Assembly (NCBI GenBank): GCA_963815115.1
Contig: CAWFFN010000005.1
Location: 1,696,001-1,760,000 of the forward strand
Origin: an uncultured delta proteobacterium
GTDB lineage: Bacteria; Desulfobacterota; Binatia; DP-6
Direction of reading: 5' to 3'
Length of the DNA stretch: 64,000 nt
Position 1 is the stretch's first letter, and the number at the start of each line of letters is the position of its first letter. The position numbers and the translations under genes are program-made. Shown in pieces: positions 52,579 to 61,239 of the stretch. The notes beneath the pieces are model-generated. The model was not told where the DNA came from and searched no databases. It saw only the letters and a program-made list of their open reading frames with translations.

Positions 52579-54543
52579 GTGGCGCACACGCTCGGTCGAC
52601 CGCGCCCGCCGGCCCGCAGCAGTCGGGCGGCGTCGAGGCCGAGGACGCGCCGGCGGCTGGTGGTAGAGCAGGTGGCGAACCCGATACAGCAACTCCGTTC
52701 GCTGATGCGCCACACGCGCCGGGTCGCGTCGAGCCCCCTGCGGCGCCCCGATTTCCGCCACGCCGACGCCTTGCGCGAGCGCTTCCGGCAGGACGGCATC
52801 GTCCGCTGCCGTCGAGGTGTCCGGCTCTTCTGCTGGCTTGCCATCACGCTCCTCGCCGTGAGCGCCTTCAACAGCTACGTGGAGGAGCCCGTTCTCTTCC
52901 CGGCGCTGCTGCGTGTCCGGTTCGCGAGCATGTGCCTGCTCGTCGTCGTTCTCGTCCTGCTCGGGACCCGCCTCGGGAGGCGGCGGCCAAGAGAGCTCGC
53001 GCTGCTGTTCGTGCTCATCATCGGCCTCACGTTTCACGACCTCGCGGTCACGGCGCCCGCGCAGGCCGGCGTGCAGTACGACCGCATGAACCTGGTCGTG
53101 CTCGGCCTGGCCGTGCTGATCGTGTGGAGCCCCGCCTGGTCTGCCGTCGCCTGCGGGATCATGATCGCGGTGTACGTCGTCGGGTTCCTTTCGACCCGCG
53201 GCGGACCGGACGCGATCGGATTTGGCGCCCACCTCGTCCGTCTCATCGCCACCAGTCTCGTGACCATCGGCGTCACCGCGATCCAGCACCGCCGGCGGTG
53301 GCGCGAGCTCGTCAACCTGCAGGCCCTGGCCGATGCCCGCGTGGAGAGCCGGGAAACCCAGGCACGCTACCAGCTGCTCATCGACACGGCCGGCAGCGCG
53401 ATCGTCGTCGTATCGCCGGAGCACCGGATCCTGGAGTTCAATCGCGAGGCCGAGGCGATCTACGGCGCCCGGCGGTCCGAGGTGCTCGGCAAGGACTACT
53501 TCGAGCTTTTCCTGCCGGTCGAGCGCCGGCCGATCGTGGCGGGGATGATTCGACGGATCCTCGCCGGGGAGACTGTCCACGAGTACGAAACCGTGCTCCA
53601 GACGCGCAGCGGCGACCAGCGCATCATGCTGTGGAACGTCCGGCGACTGTGCGGCGCGGCCGGCAAGGCCCTGGGCGTCATCGGGATCGGTCAGGACATC
53701 ACCCAACGGAAGCACGCCGAGGAGCAGGTCCATCGGCTGAACGAGGAGCTCGAGGCCCGCGTCATCATGCGCACTGCCGAGCTGAGCGCCAGCGAGGAGC
53801 GCGCGCGCGAGCACCAGGCGCACCTGGCGCACGTGCTCCGGGTGAGCACGATGGGCGAGATGGCCGCCGCACTGGCCCACGAGCTCAACCAGCCACTCGG
53901 TGCGATCGTCAACTACGCCAACGGCATCGGCGTCCGGCTGCGCGAGGGGGGGCTCGCGCCGGACGACCTGCAGGAGGCGGTGACACGCATCGCGGCGGAG
54001 GGCCTGCGGGCGGGCGAGATCATTCGCCGGTCGCGCGATTTCGTGCGCCAGAGCGTTGCCAACCGCGAGCGAGCGGACGTCAATGTCGTCGTGCGCGACG
54101 CGGCCCAGCTGATCGGCCCGGATGCCCGCCGCATGAACATCCCGATCCGGCTCGCCCTCGAGCCGGAGCTTCCGCTGGTGGACATGGACCGCATCCAGGT
54201 GGAGCAGGTGATCCTGAACCTGCTGCGGAACGGCCTCGATGCGATCAGCGAGGCCGCTCCCGACCGCCACGAGCTCCTCATCCAGACCCGGAGCGTGTCC
54301 GCGGACACGGTCGAGGTGAGCGTACGGGACACGGGCGTCGGCATGTCCCCGGCAACACGAGAGCGCATCTTCGATCCGTTCTTCACCACCAAGTCGGGCG
54401 GGCTCGGAATGGGACTGTCGATCAGCCGCTCGATCATCGAGGCGCACGGCGGTCGCCTGTGGGCGATCGGGAACCCGGATCGCGGCATGACGTTCTGCTT
54501 CACGTTGCCGTCGAAGCATCGCGGCGAGATCCGGGCTGCGTAG
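52579..54543 (+). CDS. Membrane PAS-domain sensor histidine kinase (FixL-like transmitter); start uncertain
   Basis: About five TM helices, PAS (FNREAEAIYG...DITQRK), MGEMAAALAHELNQPL, GLGMGLSISRSIIEAHGG. Confidence 0.9.
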   Translation: MAHTLGRPRPPARSSRAASRPRTRRRLVVEQVANPIQQLRSLMRHTRRVASSPLRRPDFRHADALRERFRQDGIVRCRRGVRLFCWLAITLLAVSAFNSYVEEPVLFPALLRVRFASMCLLVVVLVLLGTRLGRRRPRELALLFVLIIGLTFHDLAVTAPAQAGVQYDRMNLVVLGLAVLIVWSPAWSAVACGIMIAVYVVGFLSTRGGPDAIGFGAHLVRLIATSLVTIGVTAIQHRRRWRELVNLQALADARVESRETQARYQLLIDTAGSAIVVVSPEHRILEFNREAEAIYGARRSEVLGKDYFELFLPVERRPIVAGMIRRILAGETVHEYETVLQTRSGDQRIMLWNVRRLCGAAGKALGVIGIGQDITQRKHAEEQVHRLNEELEARVIMRTAELSASEERAREHQAHLAHVLRVSTMGEMAAALAHELNQPLGAIVNYANGIGVRLREGGLAPDDLQEAVTRIAAEGLRAGEIIRRSRDFVRQSVANRERADVNVVVRDAAQLIGPDARRMNIPIRLALEPELPLVDMDRIQVEQVILNLLRNGLDAISEAAPDRHELLIQTRSVSADTVEVSVRDTGVGMSPATRERIFDPFFTTKSGGLGMGLSISRSIIEAHGGRLWAIGNPDRGMTFCFTLPSKHRGEIRAA

Positions 54544-54591
54544 CTTCGGCCGGCGGGCTCCGACGCCCTTCGCCGGCAGGGCACGTACTGA

Positions 54592-54640
54592 ACTGATGAT
54601 ATCATCAGTCTTGACATGACCATCAGGCGAGGCGTATCGT
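54592..54640 (+). promoter_or_regulatory. Perfect 18-bp palindromic operator plus sigma70 promoter
   Basis: ACTGATGATATCATCAGT (54592-609); TTGACA(54611-16)-N18-TATCGT(54635-40); ATG 7 nt later with no RBS. Confidence 0.75.
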
Positions 54641-54647
54641 CCGCTCC

Positions 54648-55331
54648 ATGGCCGGAACGCGAGCCCAGCGCGGCAAGGCGCCGAGGACGACACGCACGGC
54701 AACGGCCGGTGGACGCGGAGCCCGCCGCCGCGAGGAGACCAGGGCCCGCCTCGTGTCGGCGGCGCGCGAGGTGATGGCCCGCAAGGGCATCGGGTCCACC
54801 TCGATCCAGGAGATCACCGACACCGCCGACGTCGGATTCGGGTCGTTCTACAACCATTTCGCGTCCAAGGAGTCGATCGCCGACGCCGTCATGGAGGAGG
54901 CGCTCGAGCGCTTCGGCGCGGCCGCGGATCGGCTCGTGGAGACGCTCGATGATCCCGCCGAGGTGCTGGCAGCGTCGGTCCGGCATGCCGTCGGGACGGC
55001 CGCCACCGACGAGGCGTGGGGCTGGTTCCTCGTGCGCACGGCCCTGGCACGCGCCGACGGGCTGCGCAGCACGCTCGGGCAGCGGCTCGCCCGCGACGTC
55101 CAGATCGGGATCGCGAAGGGGCGCTTCACGACCGACGACCCCATCGGCGCGATGGTCGCCGCCGGCGGCGCGATCCTCGCCATCGTGGCGGCGCGTCTCC
55201 ACGGCGAGCTCGGCGACGATGCACCCGAGCGCGCCGCGACCGCCGTCCTGACGCTCCTCGGGCTCCCCCCGCGCGAGGCCCGTGCGGTCGCTCGCCGGCC
55301 GCTGCCCGCCATCGCGCCGCTCTCGCGCTGA
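54648..55331 (+). CDS. TetR/AcrR family regulator
   Basis: TSIQEITDTADVGFGSFYNHFASKE HTH. Confidence 0.92.
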   Translation: MAGTRAQRGKAPRTTRTATAGGRGARRREETRARLVSAAREVMARKGIGSTSIQEITDTADVGFGSFYNHFASKESIADAVMEEALERFGAAADRLVETLDDPAEVLAASVRHAVGTAATDEAWGWFLVRTALARADGLRSTLGQRLARDVQIGIAKGRFTTDDPIGAMVAAGGAILAIVAARLHGELGDDAPERAATAVLTLLGLPPREARAVARRPLPAIAPLSR

Positions 55332-55346
55332 CACGGGGGACACCAT

Positions 55347-56219
55347 ATGAGGCTCGCCACCTTCACCCACGACGGCGCGACGCGCATCGGTGTGGTCACC
55401 GACGACGGCATCGTCGACCTCGCCGCGGCGGCGCCCGCGCTGCCCCGCGACATGGTGGCGCTGCTGGCGGCCGGGGGCGATGCCCTCGCCGGCGTACGCA
55501 CCGCCGCGACGAGGGGAGGGGGCCGCCTGGCCCTCGCGGACGTGACGCTCGAGGCGCCCGTTCCCCGGCCGCCGAAGTTCCTCGGCATCGGTCTCAACTA
55601 CGCCGATCACGTGAAGGAGTCGGGCTTCGAGCCGCCGGCGGTGCCGGTCATGTTCAACAAGCAGTCCACGTGTGTCACCGGGCCATATGCGCCCATTCAC
55701 CTGCCGCGTGTGTCGCCGCTCCTGGACTACGAGGGCGAGCTCGCCTTCGTCATCGGCCGCCGCTGCCGGCACGTGCCGCGCGAGCGCGCGCACGAGGTGA
55801 TCGCCGGCTACTGCATCGTCGACGACGTCAGCGTCCGCGACTGGCAGCTCCGGACGCCAACGATGACGATGGGGAAGTCGTTCGACACCCACGGACCCAT
55901 GGGACCGTGGCTGGTGACATCGGACGAGGTCGGCGACCCGCACGCCCTCGTGCTCCGGACCTGGGTGAACGGTGAGCTCCGCCAGCACTCGTGCACGAGC
56001 CAGCTCATCTTCGACTGCTACGCGCAGGTCGAGCACCTCTCCACCGCGTTCACGCTGGAACCAGGCGATGTCGTCACGACCGGCACGCCCTCCGGCGTGG
56101 GCGGTGCCATGCAGCCGCCGCGCTTCCTGCAACTCGGCGACGTGGTCCGCGTCGAGATCGAGAAGCTCGGCGCGATCGAGAACCGGGTCGTGGCCGAGCC
56201 CGAAGGCAGCATCCTGTGA
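55347..56219 (+). CDS. Fumarylacetoacetate hydrolase family protein
   Basis: IGLNYADH, DYEGEL, DDVSVRDWQ, GKSFDT, TGTPSGVG. Confidence 0.93.
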   Translation: MRLATFTHDGATRIGVVTDDGIVDLAAAAPALPRDMVALLAAGGDALAGVRTAATRGGGRLALADVTLEAPVPRPPKFLGIGLNYADHVKESGFEPPAVPVMFNKQSTCVTGPYAPIHLPRVSPLLDYEGELAFVIGRRCRHVPRERAHEVIAGYCIVDDVSVRDWQLRTPTMTMGKSFDTHGPMGPWLVTSDEVGDPHALVLRTWVNGELRQHSCTSQLIFDCYAQVEHLSTAFTLEPGDVVTTGTPSGVGGAMQPPRFLQLGDVVRVEIEKLGAIENRVVAEPEGSIL

Positions 56220-57955
56220 CCGTACCGCGTCTGCAGACCGAGGTCCTCGTCATCGGCGGAGGTCCCGTCGGCCTGTCGACCGCCCTGCACCTCGACGCGC
56301 AGGGCATCGACTGCGTGCTGGTCGAGAAGCATCCCACCACCGCAACCCATCCGAAGGCGTCCTACTTCAACGTGCGCACCATGGAGCTGCTGCGCCAGCT
56401 CGGCGTCGCCAACGACGTGTACGCGACCGCGCTCTTTCCCCGGGGAGTTTCGTTCTACACGAGCCTCTGCGGCTACAAGCTCGGCGTGCTGGGCGCCGCC
56501 GATGCCCCGGACCACGTCGAGCGTGTCATGCGGTCCACCGCCAGCCCGGGCTGCGTGTCCTCGCAGATCGTGCTCGAAGCGATACTCAAGGAGCATGCCG
56601 AGCGGGCGAGACACGCCACGATCCTGTTCGGGCACGAGAAGGTCGCGCTCGAGGAGAGCGCCGACATGGTTCGCACGACCGTCGTCGAGTGCAGCACGGG
56701 AAGGCGGACCGCGATCGAAGCGGAATACGTCATCGTCTGCGAGGGTGTGCGCAGCGTGACGCGCGACGAGCTCGGTGGTGCGCTGATCGGCCCACCGCCG
56801 TTCGGCCATGTGATCAACATCTATCTCGAGGCGGATCTCGAGAGTCTCGTCGAGGAACGTGACCAGGCGCTGTTCTGGACCGCAACGCCGAAGGCGCCGG
56901 GAGCATTCATCGCGCTCGGTGGCGACCGCCGGAAGTACTGCTTCAACACGCCGTGGTTTCCAGAGGATGGGGAGCGCGTCGAGGATTTCACCGAGGAGCG
57001 CTGCCTCGAGCGTGTCCGGTCCGCGATCGGCAGCGACCGGCTGCCCGTCAGGATCCTCTCCATCGGTTCCTGGGTGCTGTGTGGGCAGGTCATCGACCGC
57101 TACCGCAGGGGCCGCGTCTTCTTCGGGGGCGACACCGCACACTCGAACATCCCCACCGGCGGGTTCGGCTTCAATACCGGCATGCAGGAGACACACAATC
57201 TGGCCTGGAAACTCGCCCGCGTTCTGCATGGTGACTCCCCGGAGACGCTACTCGACAGCTACCACCAGGAGCGCCGTCCGGTCGCCGAGTTCAACGTCGA
57301 GAAGAGCCGTGAGAATGCCGTCAACATTCGCGACACGGGTGCCACCTTCGGCGGCCGGGTGCCGGATTCGGACGAAGTCGATCTCGACACGCCACGGGGC
57401 CGAGCCCAGCGCGCCGAGAAGACCCGCGCCATCGCGCGCCAGAAGACGCACTTCCTCTTCCTCGGGCAGGAGATCGGCTACGGCTACTGGGACTCGGCCA
57501 TCGTCGTGCCCGACGGCACGCGGCACTATGCCGAGGAGCACGCGGTGGAGAATGCCGTCTACGAGTATGTGCCGAACGCCCGGCCAGGTGCACGCGCGCC
57601 GCACTGCTGGGTGCTGCGCGACGGCGAGCGGCTGCCGATCCTCGATGTCCTGACGCGCGACTTCGTCCTGCTGACCCATGGCGAGGACGGCGCCGCATGG
57701 GCCCGCGGTCTCGATGGGAAGGATCGGGCTCGCCACCATCACGTCGGTCCGGCCGGCACGACTGCCGACCTGGTCGATGTGGACGGAGCCTGGCCGCGCG
57801 CTTATGGCATCGCCGGCGACGGCGCCGTCCTCGTGCGCCCCGACGGGCATGTCGCCTGGCGTGCCCTCAGCGGACCGGACGAGCACACGGGCATCGGGGT
57901 TGCCGAGGCGCTCGACGTCGCGACCGGACGGAAATCGAAAGGAGCACGGGTATGA
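56216..57955 (+). CDS. FAD-dependent aromatic monooxygenase (PheA/TfdB family)
   Basis: GGGPVG, RTMELLRQLG, GDTAH...PTGGFGFNTG, NLAWKL, PGARAPH, LVRPDGHVAWR. Confidence 0.9.
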   Translation: MTVPRLQTEVLVIGGGPVGLSTALHLDAQGIDCVLVEKHPTTATHPKASYFNVRTMELLRQLGVANDVYATALFPRGVSFYTSLCGYKLGVLGAADAPDHVERVMRSTASPGCVSSQIVLEAILKEHAERARHATILFGHEKVALEESADMVRTTVVECSTGRRTAIEAEYVIVCEGVRSVTRDELGGALIGPPPFGHVINIYLEADLESLVEERDQALFWTATPKAPGAFIALGGDRRKYCFNTPWFPEDGERVEDFTEERCLERVRSAIGSDRLPVRILSIGSWVLCGQVIDRYRRGRVFFGGDTAHSNIPTGGFGFNTGMQETHNLAWKLARVLHGDSPETLLDSYHQERRPVAEFNVEKSRENAVNIRDTGATFGGRVPDSDEVDLDTPRGRAQRAEKTRAIARQKTHFLFLGQEIGYGYWDSAIVVPDGTRHYAEEHAVENAVYEYVPNARPGARAPHCWVLRDGERLPILDVLTRDFVLLTHGEDGAAWARGLDGKDRARHHHVGPAGTTADLVDVDGAWPRAYGIAGDGAVLVRPDGHVAWRALSGPDEHTGIGVAEALDVATGRKSKGARV

Positions 57956-58557
57956 GCACCCAGCATGATCGAGCCCGCAGCCTTGCGCCGGAGCGCGGCG
58001 TCGTGAAGCCACGCCAGCTCGCGCACGTGGTGCGCCGTACGGCTCGTCTCGACGAGCTCGTGCGCTGGTATTGCACGGTGCTGGGCGCCGAGGTGGTGCA
58101 CGCGGATGGCATGCTGGCCTTCCTCACCTACGACGACGAGCACCATCGCATCGCGATCGCCAACATTCCGGGTCTCGGGGAGCAACCCGCGTTGGCTGCT
58201 GGCACCGACCACATCGCCTTCACGTATGCCGACCTGGGCGACCTTCTCCACACCTACGTCCGACTCGCGGCCGAGGGCATCACTCCCTTCTGGTGCATCA
58301 ATCATGGCCCTACCACGTCGATGTACTACAAGGATCCGGACGGGAGTCGCGTCGAGCTGCAGGTCGACAACATGCCGTCGAGCGAGGCGATCGACGCCTG
58401 GATGCGCAGCGGCGAGTTCGCGGCGAACCCGATCGGCGTCGTGTTCGACCCGGCCGAGCTCCTGGCACGCTACCGCGCGGGGGAACCTCTCTCTACCCTC
58501 ACCGCGCGCCCGGCTCTGCCGGAGGGAGCGACTCCCTTCGACATGCTGCGGTTCTGA
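57952..58557 (+). CDS. VOC-family protein (BphC-like extradiol dioxygenase)
   Basis: LAHVV, TYDDEHHRIA, DHIAFTY, NHGPTTSMYYKDPDGSRVELQVD. Confidence 0.88.
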   Translation: MSTQHDRARSLAPERGVVKPRQLAHVVRRTARLDELVRWYCTVLGAEVVHADGMLAFLTYDDEHHRIAIANIPGLGEQPALAAGTDHIAFTYADLGDLLHTYVRLAAEGITPFWCINHGPTTSMYYKDPDGSRVELQVDNMPSSEAIDAWMRSGEFAANPIGVVFDPAELLARYRAGEPLSTLTARPALPEGATPFDMLRF

Positions 58558-58570
58558 GCGCTCGCGAACG

Positions 58571-58726
58571 CTACGGCGCAGTCCGCGTGAGCGCCATGAT
58601 GACCAGAACGAGCAATAGCAACGAGAGCCCGCCGCTCGGATAGTAGCCCCACCCCGAGCTGTAGGGCCACGTGGGCAGGGCGCCCACGATCAGCAGCAGC
58701 ACCAGCACGAGCAGTATGAGATTCAT
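58571..58726 (-). CDS. DUF3309 family small membrane protein (51 aa)
   Basis: Not in ORF track; MNLILLVLVLLLIVGALPTWPYSSGWGYYPSGG...; AGGAGG RBS. Confidence 0.9.
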   Translation of the reverse strand: MNLILLVLVLLLIVGALPTWPYSSGWGYYPSGGLSLLLLVLVIMALTRTAP

Positions 58727-58773
58727 CTTCGCCTCCTGCGTTCGGTAGTGCGCAGTCGAAACGTCCCTTCGAG

Positions 58774-59205
58774 TCAGGCGGCCTTGGGGCCCGCCATCTG
58801 TTCCGCAAGCTCGGAGCTGCGCGCCCCTCCCAGCCGGCGCTCGGCCATGGGGAACATCTCCTCTTCCTCTTCGTCGACGTGGTGACCGACCAGTTCCTTC
58901 AAGACGGTCACCTTCGCCGCGAAGTTGTCGGCGCTTGGATCGACGTCGGGCAGCTCCGCGAGCACCAGCTTCACCACGTGGTGCTCCTCGTATGCCTCAC
59001 CGACCATGTCCTCCGCCTTCCTCGTGCCGATCCCCCGAACAGCCGGATAGAAGACGTTTTCCTCGATCTCGGTATGATGCTCGAGGGCCTCGATGATGTC
59101 CCGCACGGCCTTGCGGCGCGTGTTCGTGTTCTTGGTCTTGAGGGCAGTCGAGAACAGCTTCTCCACCTCCCGGTGCTGTCGCTTCAGGAGCACGGTCGCC
59201 TTCAT
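58774..59205 (-). CDS. Hemerythrin-domain protein
   Basis: LLKRQHREV, HTEIEENVFYP, EEHHVVK, HHVDEEEEEMFP. Confidence 0.9.
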   Translation of the reverse strand: MKATVLLKRQHREVEKLFSTALKTKNTNTRRKAVRDIIEALEHHTEIEENVFYPAVRGIGTRKAEDMVGEAYEEHHVVKLVLAELPDVDPSADNFAAKVTVLKELVGHHVDEEEEEMFPMAERRLGGARSSELAEQMAGPKAA

Positions 59206-59254
59206 GGGTCGTCCTTTCTGTTCAGACCGGCCAGCGCGTCTGCGCGGCTTGAGA

Positions 59255-59270
59255 TGCAAGCGGCTCGCCA
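59255..59270 (-). promoter_or_regulatory. Sigma54 promoter for hemerythrin-DUF3309
   Basis: Minus strand TGGCGAGCCGCTTGCA (GG-N10-GC). Confidence 0.7.
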
Positions 59271-59388
59271 CCCCCGGCGAACCGGAAGTACGGTGTGCGC
59301 CAATCGGGCCCGTGTAGTTCCTTCAGCCCTGCGGTCGATTTTTCCACGTTGGCCGTGAGCCAGGCCGCCCTTCCGAGCGCTTCCCTTC

Positions 59389-59404
59389 CGGAGTGCTCCT
59401 TGCA
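59389..59404 (+). promoter_or_regulatory. Putative divergent sigma54 promoter for the DUF3147 pair
   Basis: CGGAGTGCTCCTTGCA (GG-N10-GC); shares CTTGCATCTC with the opposite promoter. Confidence 0.5.
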
Positions 59405-59538
59405 TCTCGTGGCCCGGCTCCGTCATCCCAGGCACGCCCATCGGCGTCGTGCGACTCACGCGACGCGAGGGCGTCGAGGAGGCTGCTGCCGAGAACTACG
59501 TGCGTCGCGACCTGGAGTAGCGGGGCGGGAGCAGTGAG

Positions 59539-59892
59539 GTGATCGGCGAGACCGCGCTCAGGTTCCTGCTGGGCGGGACGATCGTAGCGCTGTTCGCGCT
59601 CGTCGGCGCGCTCTTCAGACCGCCGAGCTTTGCGGGAATCTTCGGCTCGGCACCGTCGCTCGCGCTCGCCACGTTGCTGATGGCCTTCGCGACACGCGGC
59701 TCGTCGTACGCCGCCACGGAGGCGCGGGCCATGATGATCGGCGCAGCCGGCCTCGTCGCTTACGGCGCCGTGTGCAGGTGGGTCGTGGCCCGGGCCGATG
59801 TGCCAGTCTGGGCGGGTGCGGCGCTCTGCTGGATCGTCTGGTTCGTGGTGACATTCGGCCTCTGGGCCGGGCTTTCCGAGGTCGTTTCATGA
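59539..59892 (+). CDS. DUF3147-like four-TM membrane protein
   Basis: RFLLGGTIV, FAGIFGSAPSLALATL, EARAMMIGA. Confidence 0.78.
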   Translation: MIGETALRFLLGGTIVALFALVGALFRPPSFAGIFGSAPSLALATLLMAFATRGSSYAATEARAMMIGAAGLVAYGAVCRWVVARADVPVWAGAALCWIVWFVVTFGLWAGLSEVVS

Positions 59893-60272
59893 ACCTTCAC
59901 GTCGATGCGGGTACGCTCCGCAAGACGACACCGGCGGAGCACGCGGTTCGCTTCGTGTTCGGAGGGAGCATGACGGCGATGACGGGGCTCATCGCCCACG
60001 CCGTCGGTCCGGTCATCGGGGGCCTCTTCCTGGCCTTCCCGGCGATCCTCCCCGCCAGTCTGACCCTCGTTGCCAGTCACGAAGGACGGCAGAAAGCCGT
60101 GACCGAGGCCGGGGGCGCGATCCTGGGTGCGATCGCGCTCGCGGCCTTTGCGGCAACTGCCTGGCTCCTCTCACCGCATGCATCGCCCGTCGTGACCCTC
60201 GGCGCGGCGGCGGCCGTCTGGGCCATGGCTGCCGTCGTTCTCTGGTGGACGATTCATGGGCGCCGCGCGTGA
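59889..60272 (+). CDS. DUF3147-like four-TM membrane protein (partner)
   Basis: RFVFGG, GPVIGGLFLAFPAILPASLTL; ATGA overlap with upstream gene. Confidence 0.78.
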   Translation: MNLHVDAGTLRKTTPAEHAVRFVFGGSMTAMTGLIAHAVGPVIGGLFLAFPAILPASLTLVASHEGRQKAVTEAGGAILGAIALAAFAATAWLLSPHASPVVTLGAAAAVWAMAAVVLWWTIHGRRA

Positions 60273-60435
60273 TGGCGGCGAGGGGCCCTCCACTGCGACG
60301 GTGAGTGAGCGAATGGCTGGCTCATCCGCTTGCCTCCTGCGACCGGTTCGTCTACGAGTTCTCGCGCTTCGTCTTCGTGAAGCAGGAGATCGGCGCGGAC
60401 GCCGGTGAGCCGCAACGGGCATGGGTGAGGAGTTC

Positions 60436-61038
60436 ATGAGGGCGACCAGCATGCGGGATGGAACTACATGGGTGGCGATCGTCGTCGGAGCGCTCGCGCT
60501 CCCGTGGTGCACGGGATGCCCCCAGATGGCGATCACCACCGCGGCCACGACGGCAGCGAGCGCCATCGTGGACGACCGTTCCATCGCCCAGCAGGGAGCC
60601 GATCTGGATCTCAAGGCGCGCATCGAGCAGCAGCTGCTCGCCGATGCACCCAGGCTGGCCGAGTCCGTCGACGTCGACGTCTACCTCGGGCGTGTCATGC
60701 TGACCGGCGTCGTGTCCAGACCATCCAGCCGCCGCAAGGCGGTGGATCTGGTGCGTAGCGTCGCGGTCGACAACGAGGTGTTCGACGACATCGAGGTCGC
60801 CACCGGCGACGGACTCGGCGACATGGCCGGCGACTTCGCCGTCAACAAGGAGCTCGGCGTGAACCTGCTGGCCGCCGAGGGCATCGCATCGCAGAGCTTT
60901 CAGCACCGCGTCGTGAACGGGACCGCGTTCATCATGGGCCAGGCGAGGAACCCGGGGCAGGTCGAGACGGCTCGCCAGGTCGCCTTGCAGACGCCGGGCA
61001 TCCAGCGCGTCGTGACGCACATCGTGGTGAACCAGTGA
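60436..61038 (+). CDS. Dual BON-domain (OsmY/DolP-like) lipoprotein
   Basis: Lipobox-like WCTGC, DDRSI, VDVYLGRVMLTG, VVNGTAFIMG, PGIQRVVTHI; GAGGAG RBS. Confidence 0.85.
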   Translation: MRATSMRDGTTWVAIVVGALALPWCTGCPQMAITTAATTAASAIVDDRSIAQQGADLDLKARIEQQLLADAPRLAESVDVDVYLGRVMLTGVVSRPSSRRKAVDLVRSVAVDNEVFDDIEVATGDGLGDMAGDFAVNKELGVNLLAAEGIASQSFQHRVVNGTAFIMGQARNPGQVETARQVALQTPGIQRVVTHIVVNQ

Positions 61039-61239
61039 CCGCGGCACGTCGAGGCCCCGGGTCTCCATCGAGCGACGCGGAGGGCCTGAGTGTATCCGGG
61101 CGCACGTTGGCGCTCGCCCGGAAGCTCATCTTCGCCCTCGAGTAGCAGGCCCTGGGACCACACCGTCGCGGACTGGTTCGGGCGCATTTGGCGCATCTGG
61201 CGACGTGATTCTCCGTCTCCGCGCGGCTATCAAAGGCAG

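Noticed and set aside
59449-59520. Short GTG ORF (M)RLTRREGVEEAAAENYVRRDLE upstream of the DUF3147 pair
   Set aside because: Only 23 codons, no RBS, no recognisable motif
60318-60333. TGGCTCATCCGCTTGC sigma54-like motif upstream of the BON gene
   Set aside because: GG-to-GC spacing is 11 nt, not the obligatory 10
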